DNA of 64,000 nucleotides from a virus. This document shows, in pieces, positions 1-10,700 of this stretch. How positions within the stretch are numbered: the stretch's first letter is position 1; each line of letters begins with the position of its first letter. Both the position numbers and the translations under genes were made by a program. Location of the stretch: positions 1 to 64,000 of IMG/VR virus record IMGVR_UViG_3300037313_000197; one strand, 5' to 3'. The notes beneath the pieces were generated by a model. That model was given only the letters and a program-made list of their open reading frames with translations, had not been told where the DNA came from and did no database searches.

Positions 1-244
1 CAGCCGTGCAAACAGCCTTCTTGCGGAAATCGTCAGGATTGGAGTGCTCGGTGGCGAAAAAGCCTAGACCGTTATCGGCAACATAACCTGCGCCGCTCTC
101 GTCCAACTCCTGTAGGAAGCGAATCTCATAAGTCTCACCATCGGGAATGTTTAGCCACTCAACCTTGTTTGCGCCTGCTTCCTTACGGCGCTCCTGCTCT
201 TCGTTATATGCCTTGATCGCTGCAAGGCCCTTCTGAATACCCAT
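1..244 (-). CDS. ssDNA-binding protein, actinophage type (5' part, runs off window)
   Basis: Manual translation MGIQKGLAAIKAYNEEQERRKEAGANKVEWLNIPDGETYEIRFLQELD...EHSNPDDFRKKAVCT. AGGAG RBS upstream. Lies next to primase and helicase. Not in the ORF track. Confidence 0.7.
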   Translation of the reverse strand, partial: MGIQKGLAAIKAYNEEQERRKEAGANKVEWLNIPDGETYEIRFLQELDESGAGYVADNGLGFFATEHSNPDDFRKKAVCTA

Positions 245-300
245 TTGTTTTGTATATCTCCTAGTTTATTTGGCCGTTGTTCTTTATGGCCGTACCATCT

Positions 301-329
301 ATTATACCAGTCAGTAGGTGAAGTTTCAA
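301..329 (-). promoter_or_regulatory. sigma70-type promoter for the SSB gene
   Basis: TTGAAA-17 bp-TATAAT on the minus strand. Confidence 0.7.
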
Positions 330-332
330 CCC

Positions 333-1421
333 TTACGAGGCAATTCCCCATGACTGATATTCCATGTTACTTACTGCGTTCTTGATTGCGTGAATGATCT
401 GGTCCATGCTCATGTCGCCAGCATCCTTGCAACCTTCTGGGTACACTAGACCGTAGTCTGTGGCTGCCCATTTAATGCTCTTGCCCTTCATCTTGTCAGC
501 AATTTTCTGACCCAATGCACGCCCCGGATTATGGCCGATACAACGATCCAAACCCTTCTGCATGCACTTGCGGCATGATGCGTAACGATGCTTCTCGCTA
601 TCATCGAAGTCAGTCATGATGACGATATTTGAAAAGTACATGCCTAGTTGCTCTTCATGATAATCACTAAAGTTACCACCGAGACAGGCAACGACATTCG
701 GATACCCGGCCTGCGCAATTCGCATTGCGTCGAATGATGCTTCACACACGATCACTGTATCGCCAGTGCGCTTTGCCTTATGGATATTCCACAGAGACTT
801 TGAGGTCGGCAGGCCGGGTGAGTTCTTAAACTGCTTATCCGTAATGCTAGGCGATCTTCCAATGACACCAAGAGGGATACCCTTGGCTGAATACATTGGT
901 ACACAGATTAGGTCGCGCTTATAGTTGTAACCGATATGGTATTCGCGGAGAATGGATTCGTCAAACCCGCGTGTTTCTACCATGTACTTATATGCTCGTG
1001 GAGAGTCAAAGAGTTTTTGTTCCATACTTGGGATAGTTCTTGCGAAAGCCCACTCTGTAAACTCTACCGGCGTCAATGCCTTTTGGAGCACATCAAGGAA
1101 GGACTCTGTGCTGTCCTCCTTTGCGTTAGCAATGATACGAGCAGTCTGGAATTCATTGGTCTTAAGCATTGCCTTGACCAAATCCTGAATGCTACCCGTT
1201 GTTCCGCACGAAGCGTTGAAGCAGATGAACTTGCCATTTGTCTTCGATACGGACATGGAGGGCGTGTGCCTGTTGCCATGGAAGGGGCAGAAGCAAGTAT
1301 AGTCGTTGAAAGTTTCTCCGTCAACAGTGACGCCACACTTTGTTAGGACTGACTCGATTTGCTTTTCTGTGTACTGATCGGGTAGTACCGACCCGTTCCG
1401 TCCATTCCTAGAAACTGGCAT
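333..1421 (-). CDS. dnaG: DNA primase (Zn finger + TOPRIM)
   Basis: CFCPFH...C..C zinc finger; VCEASFDA and DFDD TOPRIM motifs. Confidence 0.9.
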   Translation of the reverse strand: MPVSRNGRNGSVLPDQYTEKQIESVLTKCGVTVDGETFNDYTCFCPFHGNRHTPSMSVSKTNGKFICFNASCGTTGSIQDLVKAMLKTNEFQTARIIANAKEDSTESFLDVLQKALTPVEFTEWAFARTIPSMEQKLFDSPRAYKYMVETRGFDESILREYHIGYNYKRDLICVPMYSAKGIPLGVIGRSPSITDKQFKNSPGLPTSKSLWNIHKAKRTGDTVIVCEASFDAMRIAQAGYPNVVACLGGNFSDYHEEQLGMYFSNIVIMTDFDDSEKHRYASCRKCMQKGLDRCIGHNPGRALGQKIADKMKGKSIKWAATDYGLVYPEGCKDAGDMSMDQIIHAIKNAVSNMEYQSWGIAS

Positions 1422-1681
1422 GCCTTCCTCTTTCCCACATATGTTCCATACATCGTAAGCGTTGACTCATACTTTACAGTATCATACTGCCCTATATCGT
1501 CAGGCTCTCGCAGCATGGAGGTTGACCAGAATGGTCCCAGATCGAGAATAGGTATATACCCGCCGCCGCGCATCTGTTCCGTCAAGAGTTTTTCTTGCAT
1601 TTCTCTTTGACGGATGAATGACGAATCATCCCCAATCTGGGACTTCATCTGGAACTTCTTTACGCCATCATGTGCACCCAT
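1343..1681 (-). CDS. hypothetical protein between helicase and primase
   Basis: ORF packed in the replication operon. Confidence 0.55.
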   Translation of the reverse strand: MGAHDGVKKFQMKSQIGDDSSFIRQREMQEKLLTEQMRGGGYIPILDLGPFWSTSMLREPDDIGQYDTVKYESTLTMYGTYVGKRKACQFLGMDGTGRYYPISTQKSKSSQS

Positions 1682-2917
1682 TTACTCAAACGCTTCCTCC
1701 CACTTACCGGCGTTGAAGTCAACATCGAAGTAAACACAGAACATATCTCCATGTCGGTTCTTTCTGCAAACTACCTCAACACGGTTCGTGTCATCGTGTC
1801 GGTGCACAGCCATAACTAGGTTAGCATCATACTCGATGGCGCTAGACCATGAAATCTGGCTCAACATCGGAGGACCATCGCGCTTGTCGTTATCCTCATC
1901 GGTAACAGCGGTGATGGAGATAATCGGAATTGCGTTGCTCACGGCCAGCAACTTAATCTCACGAGAGAGATTCATCATTCTCGGAGTCATAGCCTGAGTC
2001 TTGGCGTTGTCCTGCATCAACTGCAAGTAGTCCAAGATTACTAGGTCAGGACGGTGTGTGTCAATCTTGGCCTGAATCAAGTTAGGGGTGATGTTTGCGT
2101 TACCTTCGTTGGAAACAACAATGAAGTCAGATGAATCCGCAAAGCCCTTGGTAGCCCATGAACGGAACTCGTCGTCATCCACATCACCGCGAGCAAGATC
2201 AGAAATCTTGAACTTACCGTTAGACATATCTGCATAGATACGCTCTCGGTACTCTTCCGGCGACATTTCCAGAGAGATAACCATTACCTTGTATCCCTGA
2301 CGCCAAGCATTTACTGCAAGGTGACCAGAGAACATTGACTTACCGCGCCCGGTGTAACCCATCAGAATAATGGAGTTACCAGCAGCCATACCGGTTGTGT
2401 AACATGAGTCGATAGCATCCAGACCAAATGAGATACCGGGAACTCCACCCTTAGCCTCTGCTACCTCGCGCACCCTTAGGAAGTGATTCGCTGCGTCTTC
2501 CATATCCAGAAGGTTGAGGTCGCGTGCGCTTGTAGTATATTGCCCCAGACGTGCTAGAGCAGTCTGCATTTTTCCTAGACGCTCAGCAGCACTCATAGTC
2601 CCCTTGGAAGAAGCAGCCTTCACCATGATTTCTTCCATGCGATTGCTGACGTACTGTTCCTTTAGAGAATCAAGGCAGTACTTCGTAGGAGCATCCGGCT
2701 CGGGTAGTTCAATGTCTGGGAACTCTGAATGGAACAGGTCACGAGAAGGAACCGACTTGTGCCTAACATAATAGTTCTTGGCCCAAGAGAACGCATCTCC
2801 ATAGTTGCCAAATAGGTCAGGGCTCTCGCCTAGAATTACGTGAATATCCCTGTTTTCGATTACGGCACTTAGTACCGCCGCTTCCTTACTCGCCACGTGC
2901 TGCTCTCCATTCCTCAA
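1682..2917 (-). CDS. dnaB: DnaB-like replicative helicase
   Basis: Walker A GYTGRGKS, SLEMS, VILDYLQLM, KNRHG motifs. Confidence 0.93.
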   Translation of the reverse strand: MRNGEQHVASKEAAVLSAVIENRDIHVILGESPDLFGNYGDAFSWAKNYYVRHKSVPSRDLFHSEFPDIELPEPDAPTKYCLDSLKEQYVSNRMEEIMVKAASSKGTMSAAERLGKMQTALARLGQYTTSARDLNLLDMEDAANHFLRVREVAEAKGGVPGISFGLDAIDSCYTTGMAAGNSIILMGYTGRGKSMFSGHLAVNAWRQGYKVMVISLEMSPEEYRERIYADMSNGKFKISDLARGDVDDDEFRSWATKGFADSSDFIVVSNEGNANITPNLIQAKIDTHRPDLVILDYLQLMQDNAKTQAMTPRMMNLSREIKLLAVSNAIPIISITAVTDEDNDKRDGPPMLSQISWSSAIEYDANLVMAVHRHDDTNRVEVVCRKNRHGDMFCVYFDVDFNAGKWEEAFE

Positions 2918-3227
2918 CCCTCTTGCGTGATTCCTCTAGCAACTTCTGACGATCAATCTCGTCTTCCTCGCGCTCACGCATTCTTGTATTGATCTTATCG
3001 TAATTGTTTAGTAGATAGTTCGTTGAGTGCCCTGCGCTGCGGGCCGAGAAGTACCAATCGATAACTTCCTTCGCTCGCTCAACTCCGAGGTCTTCGATCA
3101 TACCCTGAAAACCCCACTTGTCACGATAACGGTTAAAGTTGAGCGGGTCACGCCCATACTTCGACTTATAGTTCTTCAAGTAAAGGCTAATCAGAGCATG
3201 GATTTGCTGCTGTGTAACCTTTGCCAT
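2886..3227 (-). CDS. hypothetical protein (possible helicase partner)
   Basis: ORF directly upstream of and overlapping dnaB; function inferred from position only. Confidence 0.55.
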   Translation of the reverse strand: MAKVTQQQIHALISLYLKNYKSKYGRDPLNFNRYRDKWGFQGMIEDLGVERAKEVIDWYFSARSAGHSTNYLLNNYDKINTRMREREEDEIDRQKLLEESRKRVEEWRAARGE

Positions 3228-3430
3228 TACTTCGCCGCCTTGCGAGCCTCTTCAACTTCCTTGGAAATCTTCTCAGAGACAAAATCATCTACTCGTGCAT
3301 ACGCTTCTTCTGGCGTCTCATTTTCCTTTACGTCACTGGCATAACCAACATGGACCTTGACATTCTCAAAGTTTCCAAGGTTGACAGTGAAATCATAGGC
3401 AATCTCTACGCGATCATTTCTTGTTGGCAT
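3227..3430 (-). CDS. small hypothetical protein
   Basis: Stop/start overlap with the downstream gene; NLGNFENVKV motif. Confidence 0.6.
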   Translation of the reverse strand: MPTRNDRVEIAYDFTVNLGNFENVKVHVGYASDVKENETPEEAYARVDDFVSEKISKEVEEARKAAK

Positions 3431-3743
3431 TATAATCCTTAATATCCTTTGCTGTGACTCCGAAGCCTACCGGCGCTCCTCTTTCGTGACGACTACCGGA
3501 TTCATCATCCTCATCGTCTGACTCCTCAGGCGGATCAAGTACAGTCTTCATAGCAAGTGACATATTCACCCAACTATCTGCAACATCGACCATCGCCTCG
3601 ATGTTCTTCGTAGCAATTGCATTCTGTGCTGCTACGTCTAACATCTGTGCTGCTTGAATGAAGCCTGTGTCCATGCCAATATAATTCTTTGTTGGCTTGT
3701 ACTTTGCTTCCTTTGGCTTGCTCAATATATGGCCTCCTACCAT
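3414..3743 (-). CDS. hypothetical protein with acidic C-terminal tract
   Basis: ORF in the tightly packed operon. Confidence 0.55.
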   Translation of the reverse strand: MVGGHILSKPKEAKYKPTKNYIGMDTGFIQAAQMLDVAAQNAIATKNIEAMVDVADSWVNMSLAMKTVLDPPEESDDEDDESGSRHERGAPVGFGVTAKDIKDYNANKK

Positions 3744-4243
3744 TAATGGTCAAAGACAGGGATCATCGCCCCGTCCTCAGACCTGATATAGAGCGTATTT
3801 TCATTTCTGAAATAGGCTCTTACCTCTGCCCGCGTGGGCAGAGTGCGTCTCGGGGTAATCTTACCATCCTTGCGAGGTCTTCCTCGATGGTGGCTCAACA
3901 ACGCCTCGTGCAACTCTAGCACGTCTTTCTCAGACCACCACATATAGGTGGTCTTCATTCTATCATCCAGAGTATAAGAGAACTCTGGCTTTCTGATTTC
4001 CTCATTGTCGATTGCTCGCTCAATGGTAATAGGATTACATCGGAGCAGTTTTGCTACCGAGCCAGTTCTTAGTGCCAGCCCAGAATTCCTTCTGTAATCT
4101 GTATACAGCATAGATACTGTCTGACATTCACTGAAACACCACGCCTCCACAAGATTCGCAGGATACACAATCCTTAGAACCTTGTGGAGTTTGTTATTCC
4201 AAAAGAAATAACGTGCGCGGCGCTTCTTCTTTTGACCAGCCAC
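3743..4243 (-). CDS. putative HTH DNA-binding protein
   Basis: RTGSVAKLLRCNPITIERAI HTH-like segment and GRPRK AT-hook-like motif. Confidence 0.55.
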   Translation of the reverse strand: MAGQKKKRRARYFFWNNKLHKVLRIVYPANLVEAWCFSECQTVSMLYTDYRRNSGLALRTGSVAKLLRCNPITIERAIDNEEIRKPEFSYTLDDRMKTTYMWWSEKDVLELHEALLSHHRGRPRKDGKITPRRTLPTRAEVRAYFRNENTLYIRSEDGAMIPVFDH

Positions 4244-4245
4244 GA

Positions 4246-4584
4246 TCAGTAACCTTCGCGTGGGGAGTCTGCGGCATCATCTGCCGGGGTGCTTGTAATC
4301 AGAGAGTCTTCCAACTTTGCATCAAGAGCACTGCCCTTTAGCAAGAAGTTGTAAATAACCTGAGAACCACCATAGATAACTAGGGCAGCAGTTAGGATAT
4401 CAACGCCAGCGTACTGTGATACGTCGAAGCCCTTTGCGGCGAGGTCAGTCACGACTCCACCAACTACCGAAAGAATCGTAGCGATAAGGTTCTTTGTCTT
4501 AGCACTCATATTGACGGTCTTGAATAGGGAAGTCACAAGGACAACCGCAACAACTAGACCTAGAATAATTGCACCAGCAACCAT
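4246..4584 (-). CDS. holin-like membrane protein
   Basis: 112 aa, three hydrophobic segments, charged C-terminus. Confidence 0.6.
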   Translation of the reverse strand: MVAGAIILGLVVAVVLVTSLFKTVNMSAKTKNLIATILSVVGGVVTDLAAKGFDVSQYAGVDILTAALVIYGGSQVIYNFLLKGSALDAKLEDSLITSTPADDAADSPREGY

Positions 4585-4624
4585 ATATCTTTACCTCCTT
4601 CGCTCGTAAGATGCTTCTATTATA

Positions 4625-4792
4625 TCATCCGTAGTACTTAAACAAGGGCATGACATTCGTGTATCCGTTCATATGATACACCGGCGTGCACACCCAGATT
4701 TGATTCAGTTTGTCAATGACTAACACTCGTGAATCATGAAGACCCTTGATCTTCCATTCCCGCTCGTTGATAACCTCTACCACTCTGTTCAT
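4625..4792 (-). CDS. small hypothetical protein (55 aa)
   Basis: Manual translation MNRVVEVINEREWKIKG...; ATGA overlap with the phosphoesterase stop. Confidence 0.55.
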   Translation of the reverse strand: MNRVVEVINEREWKIKGLHDSRVLVIDKLNQIWVCTPVYHMNGYTNVMPLFKYYG

Positions 4793-5580
4793 CCGAGGAA
4801 TACCTTCCCGTCAACAACACACGTATATTCTGGCGTAATCGGCACGAACTGCAAGTGTGCGTAATTATCGACTACGTGTGCAATTCCGAATCCCAACTCC
4901 CATGATGGGTTATTGGTATACTGCAAACCGTAAGCGTTTGGATCACATAGGTGTCCTGTACCCATTCCCTGTAGTACCTTCTTGGACATTGGGAAAGTCT
5001 TGTACACTACACCGCCCCTGTGATCGTGCCCGCGAACTAGAGAAATGTTATAGTTCTCAATATCGTTCTTTACGGCTAGACCAGTGGTGGTCGTTGTATC
5101 TCCGTGGTGTGTATGAATACCGGCGAACCTCTCGGTTGGCGGGGTATTGTACATAGTCCACTTAATACCAAGATCATCAAGTCCCCATAGAACGTTAGGT
5201 GTAATAGCGTCATTATATGCTGGTGACTTGCGATCAATATACTTAAAGATACGAATGTCGTGATTCCCTAATCGTGACTCCATGTCACAGTCCGGATGCT
5301 GTCTTCGTGTCTCAGTGTAAAACTGCTTTGCTCCATCGGCGTTCTTCTTGACGAAAGCCAGTGGAGAAGGGTCTTCTTCCTTCTTCAACCGTGCGAAAAA
5401 CTCATCAGTCGTTCCATCAGAAAAAGATGAATACTCCAACTGGTCGTCAATGTCTCCGACAAAATCAATGGCATCGGGCTTCCACGCCTTCATAACTTTG
5501 AACCAGAGTGCTACTGCTCTCTTGTCCTCGTATGGAATTTGCAAGTCACCGACAAATGCCCATTTGAATGTCTTACTCAT
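4789..5580 (-). CDS. calcineurin-like metallophosphoesterase
   Basis: GDLQ, GDIDD, GNHD, HTH and GHDH motifs; start reassigned to MSKTFKW. Confidence 0.85.
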   Translation of the reverse strand: MSKTFKWAFVGDLQIPYEDKRAVALWFKVMKAWKPDAIDFVGDIDDQLEYSSFSDGTTDEFFARLKKEEDPSPLAFVKKNADGAKQFYTETRRQHPDCDMESRLGNHDIRIFKYIDRKSPAYNDAITPNVLWGLDDLGIKWTMYNTPPTERFAGIHTHHGDTTTTTGLAVKNDIENYNISLVRGHDHRGGVVYKTFPMSKKVLQGMGTGHLCDPNAYGLQYTNNPSWELGFGIAHVVDNYAHLQFVPITPEYTCVVDGKVFLG

Positions 5581-5587
5581 TTCGTCC

Positions 5588-6253
5588 TTACTTGTTGTAT
5601 TTGAGGTCGTCCAAGGTATCTTCGATGAACTCTCGATTACCTGCATCGCCTCTAAACCATCCAAGCCTGTACGCTCCCAGAACGAGGATTCCAATAGCCG
5701 CACCCAAGATTGCCAAACCAAAGGCAGACAGAAGCGCTTGGGTACGAGTAATAATCACAGGCTTTTCTTTTTCTACCGTTACCATGGCAGTAGTTGTGAC
5801 TGCTGGTGAAGGTGTGCCTGTGATGTGTGTTGTCTGTGTGACAGGTGGTAGTGTAACAGTGGTCGGCGGTGCCTGTCTAGTCTCGGTCACCACTACCGTC
5901 CGTACTGACGTTCTAGGAGGAGACTTTACCGTTACCGTCCGTGCTGGTAGAGCACGAACTACTGTCCTGACTGTTCCGGGTAGTCTAACAGTCTCCGTCT
6001 GCCTTGGCAAGACTCTTGTCTCCACCACGATGCTCCTGACAGCCTTCGTAACGGTCTTAACAATTGGCGGTAGGGTCACAGTGATGGGTGGCAAAGTTAC
6101 CACGCCTACAGTGGCGGTAGGCAGTAGGGAAGGCTGCGTCTCTGCTGACGCGTGAGTTGAGGACGGGATCATAGATGCAAAAAAGGCAATCGCTGCCAAC
6201 AGGATAGTTCCAATCAGAGCAATTGCCTTTTTGCTGATACGGACAGTCTTCAT
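5588..6253 (-). CDS. Thr/Val/Pro-rich membrane protein
   Basis: N-terminal signal or TM segment, low-complexity TVTLPP repeats, C-terminal TM segment. Confidence 0.7.
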   Translation of the reverse strand: MKTVRISKKAIALIGTILLAAIAFFASMIPSSTHASAETQPSLLPTATVGVVTLPPITVTLPPIVKTVTKAVRSIVVETRVLPRQTETVRLPGTVRTVVRALPARTVTVKSPPRTSVRTVVVTETRQAPPTTVTLPPVTQTTHITGTPSPAVTTTAMVTVEKEKPVIITRTQALLSAFGLAILGAAIGILVLGAYRLGWFRGDAGNREFIEDTLDDLKYNK

Positions 6254-6284
6254 ACACCAAGTTTACAGGACGACTCTTTAAGAG

Positions 6285-6677
6285 TCAACCACTGCCCTTA
6301 CCTTCGTTACAATCGGCATGAGCCGGTGCAACATTTTCCCAAACATGCCGCCCGCCTCGTGAAAGGGGGATCAGGTGGTCTAGCGTAGCGGCACGCTTGT
6401 TGGGAAACTTTAGTGACTTATCAATCTTGCATCCACAGATGTTGCAAATCCATCCATGATGTTCGAATACTTCATAACGATCGATCTTGTCACCGCGTCT
6501 ATATTCTCTTCTTCGTTTCTTTGAGTAGAAGTTCTTTGGGATATCTCCGGTGCAAGGCTTGTTTCTCATAAAAGCCTTTCTACAGAAGTCCGAGCAAAAT
6601 CTCACATTGTCGTAATCAACTGGAACCGCAAAGGTTTCCAAACAACCCTGACAAACTGTGATTAGCCTTGGACTCAT
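6285..6677 (-). CDS. HNH endonuclease
   Basis: CNIC...TLDHLIPLSRGGRHVWENVAPAHADCN; N-terminal FCSDFC zinc motif. Confidence 0.88.
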   Translation of the reverse strand: MSPRLITVCQGCLETFAVPVDYDNVRFCSDFCRKAFMRNKPCTGDIPKNFYSKKRRREYRRGDKIDRYEVFEHHGWICNICGCKIDKSLKFPNKRAATLDHLIPLSRGGRHVWENVAPAHADCNEGKGSG

Positions 6678-6689
6678 GAACCAATTATA

Positions 6690-7694
6690 TCACCAGCCGA
6701 TGGCAACTACTTGAACATAAACGTTGGAAGCCATCTTCATGTTCTTTGGGTTTACCTCAGCAGATGAAACAGTGATTAGGCATCCATTATGATCTGGGAA
6801 AATGTTCTTTCCTAGACCATTGACAACGCAATGGAATCTACGCTGCCAGTTGGTAGGAATAACGGATGCTACTACGATTGGCGTGCAACCGGTAGAGAAC
6901 GTGTTACCGAAGTAAATTCTTGCACCACCAGATGAAGAAGTATTTGGTCCAATTACTGCTCTGGTACCAAGAATCTTAACACCGGAGTCCTTTGACACGT
7001 TACCGGCGTAGCGGGCACGTGGCATGTTCTCAAATAGCCACTGGTCATTGTTTGTCATGGCATTCAACTTGTCAACGTCAAGGTCTTCGTTGTCTGCCCA
7101 CATTAGAGCCTTATATGGCAATGTCACTCTAGAATCTCTCCTTCCGATGTATATTCAAGTTCGAAGTCTGATGCCCAAACAGCATCCTTCGGGTCAAGAC
7201 CTAGAGCGAGTAGAAAGTCTACACTCTTCACAAGTCTGCGCTGGCGCTTTGAGATGAAGTATAGATTTCCGTCTGAAATTCTTCTTACAAGGCTTCCGTC
7301 TCTGAATCCCAAACGCTTACCGCGCCGGTAGTTCTTCAAAGCAGCCTCAGAGGTCTGTACAACAAAAGGGAATGCCCAAGACTCAAAGATTCTCTTAGAC
7401 CCTAGTCGATGCCTAAAGTTTCCATTGATGTAGTAGTGTCCAATTTCAGTTCTTACACAAACACCGCTTGGAAATGTCTTCGGTGGTTCTAGATCAGTCT
7501 TTCGACGCTTCCTCAGGAGCACTTTCCCTCGCTTCATAGTCTGCGATTCTCCGATTTGCCTCTTCAAGTTGGTTAACAGCAATTGTCAATTCAACCCTAA
7601 GATCAGCAATTTGGCTTTCATACTGAACTGCTTTATTACTAAAAGATTCTCCAAGTGCTTGAATCTTTAACTGCAACTTCTGAACATCTTCCAC
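6690..7694 (-). CDS. three small tail-associated or hypothetical genes (6690-7127, 7124-7582, 7494-7694)
   Basis: Overlapping ORFs downstream of the tail fiber gene; 7494-7694 is coiled-coil-like. Confidence 0.5.
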
Positions 7695-7752
7695 TACTTA
7701 CAATCCTCTCTTGTTGATAAAATTCTACAGGTCGTCTGTCAAGTTGTCAAGA

Positions 7753-10700
7753 TCAGTCTGCGAAGAACTTAACTTGTGCTAGGCTGACGAAGCCTGCGTT
7801 GCCTGATGCGATGTATGAGTTAAGGCTCATGACACCAGTATTCAAAACGTCAATTCTTGCTACCCCGGCGTTTGCGTTGGCAAGGAACATTTCTGTTTCT
7901 GTTGGGCGGAAGCCCGTAGGAAGAGTTGCAAACGTACCGGTCGTTGTGGTAGTTGCGTGCTTGATCAAACCACGGCACTGAACCTCGTTGAAAGAGGTCT
8001 TTCGATATTGTGGGTTACGGTGTCCAGAGCCGATGGTGTCAAACGCTGCCCATGAACCAGACAAAGGAATGTCCGTCCATGGAGTGTAGCCGATACCGTT
8101 TCCGAAGTAAACCATGCCAAGGTCGGTGTTCCTAAGAGCAATAGGAATCCAGTGTGCAGGCACAGTAAATGTGGACGTGTAACTGACCATTCTAAATGCT
8201 GAGTCGTCTGAGGTTGCCCCAGAGCCTCCGAAGGTTGGTTCGTAGTACAGGACACACCATGAAGCGAGAGCAATTCCAGAGGAGGTAACAGTAGTGCTTG
8301 CAGGTGCTCCACCATACCCCGGAATTGTTGCACCAACTGCTGGCATTGTAATAGCAAGATATCCATTGGTGAATGTGTTGGTGTGATTTCCAAGAGCAAC
8401 TGCCATGAATCGCTGAGTCCACTTGATATTGTATGAGGCATCAACACTGATTACACCGCCACCACTAAGCATGTCAACAGATCGAGAAACCCATGTCATC
8501 TGATCTGCAACGTTACCCTTTAGGTTTGCCAATGCACTGTTAGGTGTCCAGTCATTCTGTAGGGTTAGTGCTTCTGCATTCAGAGTAACACCATTGGTAT
8601 CAAGGACTACCTTATTCTGTACCGCCGAGGTTGCTGTCTCTGTAAATAGCAGAGTCATTGTCTGGTTATCCTGAGTGATCTTCATTGGACCAGCAGAGGT
8701 ACCCTGTAGCAACGTACCGGCGCTAGAAACGTCAGAACTTGCATATGCCACATTAGAGATATAGAAGATACCGTCATAACCGCTCATGTAAGCGGTGTTA
8801 TCTGCATCCACCATGAATGCCTTTGTCTGTGCAAACTGGAATCCATAGTAAGTGGTATTGTTAGGAATCTTACCAATGGTCATAGTACCCATTGAGTATG
8901 AAGAACCAATACCACCAGCACCACCAGCGCCAGAGCCGGTAGGAGTAGCAGGAACGGTGTTTCCAATGTATCCAGCATATAGAGTAATACTTGCATCATC
9001 TGCAACATTAAGGAAGCCATTAGACCACTCGTAGGCATTTCCAGAGTACATGTAGATACCACCGGTATCGAACTTGTCTCCAAGAACTAGACGCTTACCT
9101 GCGCTACCGGTTCCGATAATACCTCGGATAGTAATATCATTAAAATCACCAACACCAGAGGAGTTTAGTCTCCATCCGGCACCGTTCTGGATGTAGTTAC
9201 CAGAGGAAATCGATGATGCTCCAAGATCAGCAGAAGCATTAATGCTAATGTCATCAAAGATGAATCGGTGGGTACCAGCGATACGAGGCATTGCAACAAT
9301 ACGCATCTTTGCAGCAGTGTATCCGATAGGAACGGTAATAGCCTGTGAAGCAGTCTTTGTATTGCCCTGAACGATGAAGTTAGTGTTATCTGTGAATACA
9401 ACAGGCTTGCTCTTGATGACAATACCGCCGCTGTCAATCAACTGGACGAGGGCATAGCACTGCTCGTCAACAGTGGTTGTTGATAGGTAGCGCAACTTGA
9501 ATGTGAAGTTGATTGAGTTGCTGTCTGGAATACCTGATCCAAGCGCTACCTCAAATCCCATAGAACTGAATGAGTCAGCGGTGTCGGTTCCGGTAAACTT
9601 TAGCGATCCAGTTCCGTTGATTACTTCACCAGCGGTTGTAGTCCGAACCATAGAGGTTGTGCTCATGTATGGATTTGCATATAGAGTAAATGCTGAAAGG
9701 CTAGTTGACTCCATATTTCCATTCGTGGCATATTCTGTTGGAGTTGTTGGACCGACAACTAGAGAACCACGAATAGCAGCATCACCAAACTGCGCACCAC
9801 CGGCCATGTTGATTGACCATGCAGGCTGAGAGACACCGTTAACAGTTACGGTGGCATTTGAGACCATCTGACCGGTACGAACAATTGCTCCGTCAACACT
9901 TGTCATACCCGGCATTACATAGGTAGAAGGAGTGGTTAGTCCACCGACCTGCTGCTCGACCATTACACCGTCAATGTCGATGCCAACACCGGCTGTTGCT
10001 GTGTTATTGTCAACCTCGACCAATGCATTAGTAATTCCAGCAGGAACAGTAATTGCCCATGAGTAACGAGTAAATGATCCACCTGAGGTGAGAGTCACTG
10101 GCGTTGGTACAGCAGATGACGTACCGTCATTGTACTTGAATCTAAGTGCTGCGCTTACAGCAGTTGCCGTTGAAGCCTTCATCCATGCTGAAACAATGTA
10201 GGTCTTTCCAGCCTCAACAGAGATGTGATAGTCAGTTGCAGAATCACCTAGATAGAATGTTGAGGCGGCAGCAGTTGTAGTTGAAAGCCTTAGGAACTGT
10301 GAGCCCTGAACTCCACCGACTGTCTGAATAGACGTAGTTCCGTTTGATGGACCAAACTTTCCATTGTAGAAGGTTGATGTGAACTCAAATGCCGAGTACT
10401 CTGGACGCTCTAGGTTCGAAGCACCAGACTGAATCTGCAACGCAGGAGCCTTGATGACACCTTGGTTAACTTCAAATAGACCCTTACCGATCTTCCATCC
10501 TGTTGTACCGGCCACATAGTCAAATGATCTAACAGTACCCAGAGAGTCAGCAGATCGACCAATTACAAGATCACCGATGACTGCCGAGCCGGTCTTTAGA
10601 GTCTTTGCATCAATGGTTCCGTCATTAACTTCAAGACCAGAGGAGTCCATTCGGTACCCCGTCGATCCAATTGCATAGTTGTTAGAACGAATAGCAGCGG

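Noticed and set aside
151-351. Track ORF of 66 aa
   Set aside because: It overlaps the SSB gene start, RBS and promoter in another frame.
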